Source: Promethearchaeota archaeon
GTDB lineage: Archaea; Asgardarchaeota; Lokiarchaeia; Sigyniarchaeales; SOKP01
Reading direction: 5' to 3'
Assembly: GCA_030599585.1 (NCBI GenBank)
Contig: JAUVNS010000007.1
Coordinates: forward strand, 128,001-192,000
Length of the DNA: 64,000 nt
Shown here: piece after piece, positions 59,223-64,000 of the stretch
How the letters are laid out: each line of letters opens with the position of its first letter
Position numbering within the stretch: position 1 is the first letter of the stretch
The notes under the pieces: generated by a model
What the model saw: the letters and a program-made list of their open reading frames with translations, nothing else
Databases searched by the model: none
What the model was told of the DNA's origin: nothing
Program-made: the position numbers and the translations under genes

Positions 59223-60662
59223 CTAGTTGAATAAAAATGCAAGTAAAAATAGACCAATGGAAAGAATACTAGAGATTAGAAGATTATGATTATAAGTTCT
59301 ATATTTTTCACAATCGAAACAAACTCGTTTTGTTCGTACATTATCTATTCGAATTTTATGATTTTTTGTTCTCCGCCATTCCATCTTACCTATAACTAGC
59401 TTATCTTCACATCCTTCTAAAGGACCAATTTCGCACTTCATCACAATACCAGAAATGTGCTTCTTTTTACGGATTATATTAGCCCCAGAGGTAAAATTGC
59501 CAGCTGAAAACACTGCTAATTTGTTGAAATCAATTTCATTACCTTTTTTATTCTCAACAACATCTGGAACCTTTATTATTGGTTGAAGAACATGGGAATG
59601 GTGAGCAAAAATGATATCCCATTTATGTTCAGTATTAGGTAAAATAAGCCTATTAAATCGTCTTCTTACCCATTGTTGAAAACATGTATAATCTTGTATA
59701 TTTCCAGTTAGAAGTGCTCTTGCATCTAATTGGACTCTCCTCCTCACATATTTCTCGTTTTCGAAGCCCCAATGGGGGAAAAGGATGTTAAATTTATTGT
59801 TATCATGAGGATTAGGTGCAAGATTGGGAGTATTATATTTTAAGGTGTATTTCCATGTTTTTTGATTACTCCATTCTGTAGCACTAAATATATTTATATC
59901 ATTATTTTGACTATGGATAAAAGATACATCCCCCCGACCAAATACGTCAAATTTAGATCGACTTTGTATCCTATGTAAGGAATGGTTATATGGTACACTT
60001 CCAAAATCTTCGCTGTGATTATTGCTTGAACACAGCAACCATTTGGCATTAGGGTTTAACAAGCTTGCTAATTTTTTGAGAATACTTCCTGGATGAGCTT
60101 GTTTTGTAATTGGGCAGGATTTATCAGAAATTATCCCTTCCAAATTACCAATTATTAAATTAACATCGTTAAAGAAGCAATAAATGTCAGGATGAAATTT
60201 TAGGTCAAATTTTTTCATTTTCATTATATCTCCAACGAATCCTATTTTGCATTTTGTTCTAGTTATATTATTTATAGTATGGGTATAAATCTCTGATTTA
60301 CGATTTAAGATGTATGGACCTGGTAAAAATATTACATCATCCCTAATTTTGTATTTCCATGCTCTTATAAGCTCTCTTCCAACACTTAGAAAAAGGAGTA
60401 TTGCTAGAATTAAAAAGATGATGCGAACATATCTAATCATGAAATTACTAAAAAGACGTAAAAATATTATTATAAGAATACCCACTGCCGCAAATCCCGG
60501 TAATGCCAGATGTTTAAAAAAGTAATACACTGTCTCGTCTATCTCATAAGGACTAAGCCCGCAATTATCTGGTCTTATAATTTTATTATCACCACCGCAT
60601 AATCCTACCGGTTGTCTATAATAATCGCCTAAAAGATCACCATTGGAAGTAAATAACTGCAT
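59223..60662 (-). CDS. Membrane-anchored CapA/PgsA-like metallophosphoesterase
   Basis: 'FVGDIM', 'GNLEG', 'NNHSEDFG', 'PHWG', 'HHSHVLQP', 'FSAGNF'. Confidence 0.8.
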   Translation of the reverse strand: MQLFTSNGDLLGDYYRQPVGLCGGDNKIIRPDNCGLSPYEIDETVYYFFKHLALPGFAAVGILIIIFLRLFSNFMIRYVRIIFLILAILLFLSVGRELIRAWKYKIRDDVIFLPGPYILNRKSEIYTHTINNITRTKCKIGFVGDIMKMKKFDLKFHPDIYCFFNDVNLIIGNLEGIISDKSCPITKQAHPGSILKKLASLLNPNAKWLLCSSNNHSEDFGSVPYNHSLHRIQSRSKFDVFGRGDVSFIHSQNNDINIFSATEWSNQKTWKYTLKYNTPNLAPNPHDNNKFNILFPHWGFENEKYVRRRVQLDARALLTGNIQDYTCFQQWVRRRFNRLILPNTEHKWDIIFAHHSHVLQPIIKVPDVVENKKGNEIDFNKLAVFSAGNFTSGANIIRKKKHISGIVMKCEIGPLEGCEDKLVIGKMEWRRTKNHKIRIDNVRTKRVCFDCEKYRTYNHNLLISSILSIGLFLLAFLFN

Positions 60663-60726
60663 TTTGTTTCCACTTCTTTTTTTTTTGTATTAATATTTAA
60701 GATTTTAAAATTGTTTTTAAGAAATA

Positions 60727-62106
60727 TTACCCGAATAGTTCTAGGAAAATTACCGTAACTAGCAATAGGATTCCAAGAATTACATAATAAAATCTTGACC
60801 TACCGGATATGCCATCACCAATTTTAACAATTTTAGTTTTTTGTTGACTATTTGGGACTTTTTCATTAAAAGTATTCTGCAAATTAACTACACCTACAGC
60901 AAACTCTTTAGGATAATTAGTTAAACGACCAATTTCGCACCTCATGATTATGCCATGGATGTGTTTTTTCTTCCGTAGAAAATTAACTCCCGAAGTAAAA
61001 TTACCACCAGAGAAGGCTACTAATTTCTTTATTACGAGGTTATTACCATCGAGTCCTTTTAAGGGTCTTCCATCTGGTTTCATCAATTTATCCTTTACTA
61101 CCATTACTGGCTGACGCACGTGAGGATGATGACCGAATATTAGACCCCATTTTTTATCCCCAGCAGTTAAGAGCTCTCTTCCCTTATCTTGAATGCTTGT
61201 CCTCACATATCGCTCGTTTTCGTATCCCCAATGAGGATAGAGAATATTAAATTTGCTTTTACTATAATTACGCTCTGGCTCAGAATCAATAAATCTAGAG
61301 ATGCATTTCCAATTTTTTTGGTTACTCCATTTTGTCCCAGTAGATATACAATAATCGCTATCAAAAAAAACCTTGGGTACGTCAAAACGACCGAAATTAT
61401 TGAATTTTTTCTGATTCTGTGGGTCATTAGGCTCTTGTATTATTTTAATTGAATCATTAAATTTACTATTGCCAAAATCTATGCTGTGGTTATTGCTTAC
61501 ACACATAAGCCATTTGGATTTATTTTGTAATAAGCTCGCTAATGGAGTTAGAATTTCTTCTGGGTGTGCTTGCTGAGTTAAGTGTGGTTTTTTATCAATT
61601 ACAATTCCTTCGAGATTACCAACAATGAAATCAACATCTCTGAAAAATTTTTTAATAAGACTATCAAATGTAAGTTTATATTTCCTCATCATCATCATAT
61701 CTCCCACAAATCCTATTGAAAGAGAAGGTTTTATTATTGGATTTAAAGTGAATATTCCGGGTTTCAAAACTTTACTTTCAGGAATGGCAAATCTATTTGC
61801 TCTTCTCTTTTCCCAATAAAAAATAATAATTAATAAATTTCCGACATACATTAAACCAAAACTTATTAGTTGAGTTATTAAATTTACATATAACTCGAAT
61901 AAAACAACAAAAATGATAATGGCAGCGATCCCTCCTGGTAATACCAACATCCTAAAGATATAATATAAAGTTTCTTTTGCATCGTAAGGACTTATACAAA
62001 GCCAATCAATTTTATCTGAGGGCTCGCAAGGAGGAACTAGATCAGAATTATTTCTATAATATGTATCTAAATCATTCGTACCTTCCTTATCATGAGTAAT
62101 TTTCAT
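60727..62106 (-). CDS. Membrane-anchored CapA/PgsA-like metallophosphoesterase (paralog of the neighbour); start likely 62106
   Basis: 'FVGDMM', 'GNLEG', 'NNHSIDFG', 'PHWG', 'GHHPHVRQP', 'FSGGNF'; aligns with the neighbour from 'YYR...SPY..ET.YY.F..L.LPG'. Confidence 0.8.
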   Translation of the reverse strand: MKITHDKEGTNDLDTYYRNNSDLVPPCEPSDKIDWLCISPYDAKETLYYIFRMLVLPGGIAAIIIFVVLFELYVNLITQLISFGLMYVGNLLIIIFYWEKRRANRFAIPESKVLKPGIFTLNPIIKPSLSIGFVGDMMMMRKYKLTFDSLIKKFFRDVDFIVGNLEGIVIDKKPHLTQQAHPEEILTPLASLLQNKSKWLMCVSNNHSIDFGNSKFNDSIKIIQEPNDPQNQKKFNNFGRFDVPKVFFDSDYCISTGTKWSNQKNWKCISRFIDSEPERNYSKSKFNILYPHWGYENERYVRTSIQDKGRELLTAGDKKWGLIFGHHPHVRQPVMVVKDKLMKPDGRPLKGLDGNNLVIKKLVAFSGGNFTSGVNFLRKKKHIHGIIMRCEIGRLTNYPKEFAVGVVNLQNTFNEKVPNSQQKTKIVKIGDGISGRSRFYYVILGILLLVTVIFLELFG

Positions 62107-62316
62107 TATTTTCTTCCTGATATTGTGATTATTGATGAATATTCGATAATTATGTATACTGCCAGCTTGTTTTATATATCTTACTTTTTTGTATATGATT
62201 TTAAATCTAACATTCAATCTATTTCTATTGGAAAATAGGCATGATATCAAAAATTATAAAAAATCTTAACCTATTTTTAAAGTATACAGTTCTAATTTTT
62301 TAGGTATGAAGCTCTC

Positions 62317-62784
62317 ATGAATGTTACTGTGATATATGAGGAAACACTTCAAATTTCTCTTAGTCAAGCTTTCAAACTCTCAATGCAGTGGTTAAGCAGC
62401 CAACATAAAGCAAAAATTAAAAAATCTACACCTCCTACTTTCATCGAAGCTAAACAGGGGACTATGATGACGAATACTGGTCACGATCCAAATTGGAAAA
62501 AACGTATTCGGATTAATCTATACGATTTAAATAATGGTAAAACACTGATACGAGTAGAAGCAAGTCCTCTCTCACGAAATATCTTGAGGGTTGAAAAACT
62601 AAAAAAGTCTTGGTTTGACGGTCTTTTTTCCCATCTGTTTACATTGCTTAGAACAATAGAAGAAACTACACCTCTAGAGGTTCTTTCAACAAATAAAGAC
62701 GCTAAATTATTATGTTATAATTGTGGAAATAAGATTGATAAAGAAACCAAAATTTGTCCGAATTGTGGAATTGATGTAGCTTAA
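62317..62784 (+). CDS. Hypothetical protein with a C-terminal zinc ribbon
   Basis: 'CYNCG...ICPNCG'. Confidence 0.75.
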   Translation: MNVTVIYEETLQISLSQAFKLSMQWLSSQHKAKIKKSTPPTFIEAKQGTMMTNTGHDPNWKKRIRINLYDLNNGKTLIRVEASPLSRNILRVEKLKKSWFDGLFSHLFTLLRTIEETTPLEVLSTNKDAKLLCYNCGNKIDKETKICPNCGIDVA

Positions 62785-63009
62785 AGAGAATATAACTGCT
62801 TGTTGTTAACAAACTTTTCTTATTCAAATCGCTATTTAGAAATAACTGATCCCTCAATGATGAATGGAGATTTAATCTAATATATTTATAAACTATAAAA
62901 AAAGTCTTTTTAATTATGAAATTCCGTCCTAAATATAACCTCATTATAAAATTATTTAGTGTACTTTAAAATAGAAATCTAGACCAATTAATTTCAGCTG
63001 TGAAAATTA

Positions 63010-64000
63010 ATGGAAAATAAAAATCATATTGATAACATCTCAATTGTCCTCTGTGGTGCAGCGGGTCAAGGGATTCAGACGGTAGAGGCTTTACTTACAA
63101 AAACATTGAAAAAATCAGGATTTTACGTGTTTGCAACAAGGGAATATATGAGTCGCGTCAGAGGTGGCGTTAATTCCACAACTATTCGTGTTGCATCTAA
63201 ACCTGTGCGAGCTTTTATTGATCGAATTGATATCTTAATTCCGCTAAACGAAGAAGCAGTCCCTCATCTCAAAGAGAGAATATCCTCTCACACACTAATT
63301 ATAGGCGAGAAACGATATATTGATGTCATACCGGACCTTAATAGCGAAAAGGTTGAAATCCCTTTTGAAGAATTATCAAACAATATTGGTGGAAGAATTT
63401 ACGCTAATATTATTGCTCTTGGAGTTATAATATGTATGCTTAAAGCAAACATTAACATTTTACATACCTTAATTACTAAAAACTTTAAGATAAAAGGAGA
63501 ACCCGTTATTGAGAATAATATTAAAGCTGCAAACAAAGGATATGAAACAGCGGAAGTGTTGATAAATAATCGCACACTTAAGGGAGAATTTGAAATCGAA
63601 AGGGTTCCTGAAGTAGTGAATGATTACATTATAGATGGAAAACAAGCTATTGGTTTAGGTGCGATTGCTGGCGGTTGTAATTTCGCTTGTTTTTACCCCA
63701 TGGCGCCATCTACTGGTATAGCGACATTTCTTGCGCAACACGCGCTTGAGTTCGATATGATTGTGGATCAGTCGGAAGACGAACTAAGCGTGATTAATAA
63801 AGCGTTAGGGGCGTCTTATGCTGGTGCTCGAGCGTTTGTATCAACTGCTGGAGGGGGTTTCTCTTTAATGTCTGAAGGAGTCAGTTTAGCCGGTATGACG
63901 GAGTTACCGATTGTTATTGTAGTAGGAATGCGTCCTGGACCTGCGACCGGAATGCCAACAAGAACTTGCCAAGAAGATGTTGAACTTGTTTTGTATGCCG
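63010..64000 (+). CDS. 2-oxoacid:ferredoxin oxidoreductase alpha subunit (gamma-alpha fused type), truncated by the window end
   Basis: Translated by hand: '[24 protein letters not shown]', 'EYMSRVRGG', 'FYPMAPST', 'QSEDE', 'GGGFSLMSE', '[10 protein letters not shown]'; absent from the ORF track because it has no stop. Confidence 0.93.
   Translation, partial: MENKNHIDNISIVLCGAAGQGIQTVEALLTKTLKKSGFYVFATREYMSRVRGGVNSTTIRVASKPVRAFIDRIDILIPLNEEAVPHLKERISSHTLIIGEKRYIDVIPDLNSEKVEIPFEELSNNIGGRIYANIIALGVIICMLKANINILHTLITKNFKIKGEPVIENNIKAANKGYETAEVLINNRTLKGEFEIERVPEVVNDYIIDGKQAIGLGAIAGGCNFACFYPMAPSTGIATFLAQHALEFDMIVDQSEDELSVINKALGASYAGARAFVSTAGGGFSLMSEGVSLAGMTELPIVIVVGMRPGPATGMPTRTCQEDVELVLYA

Noticed and set aside
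62107-62250. N-terminal 48 aa of the 507-aa ORF
   Set aside because: No counterpart in the paralog and it looks like AT-rich intergenic sequence; start moved to 62106.
1-64000. rRNA, tRNA, CRISPR arrays, transposases, integrases, selenocysteine read-through
   Set aside because: None was recognised by eye. Intergenic gaps are short and AT-rich, and no gene appeared split at an in-frame TGA. A covariance-model search was not possible.

Overview
This is an AT-rich, gene-dense prokaryotic window. It most likely comes from an Asgard archaeon of the Lokiarchaeia type. That assignment is inferred from a Rab-like small GTPase, an IPGF-plus-TM-helix 'Loki-CTERM'-like sorting tail, TATA/leaderless promoters and a heavily bacterial-type anaerobic metabolism. 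Contents: (1) a his operon on the minus strand, hisIE-G-D-C-B-H-[hisA::hisF fusion]; (2) a lysine-fermentation cluster (kdd, kamA, kamB, kamD, kamE); (3) an ABC exporter, UroD-family proteins, a HAF-repeat protein, GGT and the Rab-like GTPase; (4) a 992-aa glycyl radical enzyme with an N-terminal SCP2-like domain plus its activase; (5) an arginine/ornithine/proline catabolic region (ArcE-like arginine synthetase, OTC, carbamate kinase, ornithine aminotransferase, a PDH/Sox-like pair, a tungsten AOR); (6) vapBC; (7) a citrate/2-oxoglutarate block (monomeric IDH, two-subunit ATP-citrate lyase, sucCD, a partial 2-oxoacid:ferredoxin oxidoreductase alpha subunit); (8) tandem CapA-like metallophosphoesterases. 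The top finding is not in the ORF track: a 36-aa His-rich leader ORF (...SEHHHLHYK*, 8276..8166, minus strand) directly upstream of the his operon, followed by mutually exclusive RNA helices and a U7 tract. This looks like a ribosome-mediated histidine attenuator in an apparent archaeon. Three genes (hisAF, hisC, sucC) also appear to start at ATA/ATC codons behind Shine-Dalgarno motifs. All assignments come from motifs read by eye; no database search or folding computation was run.
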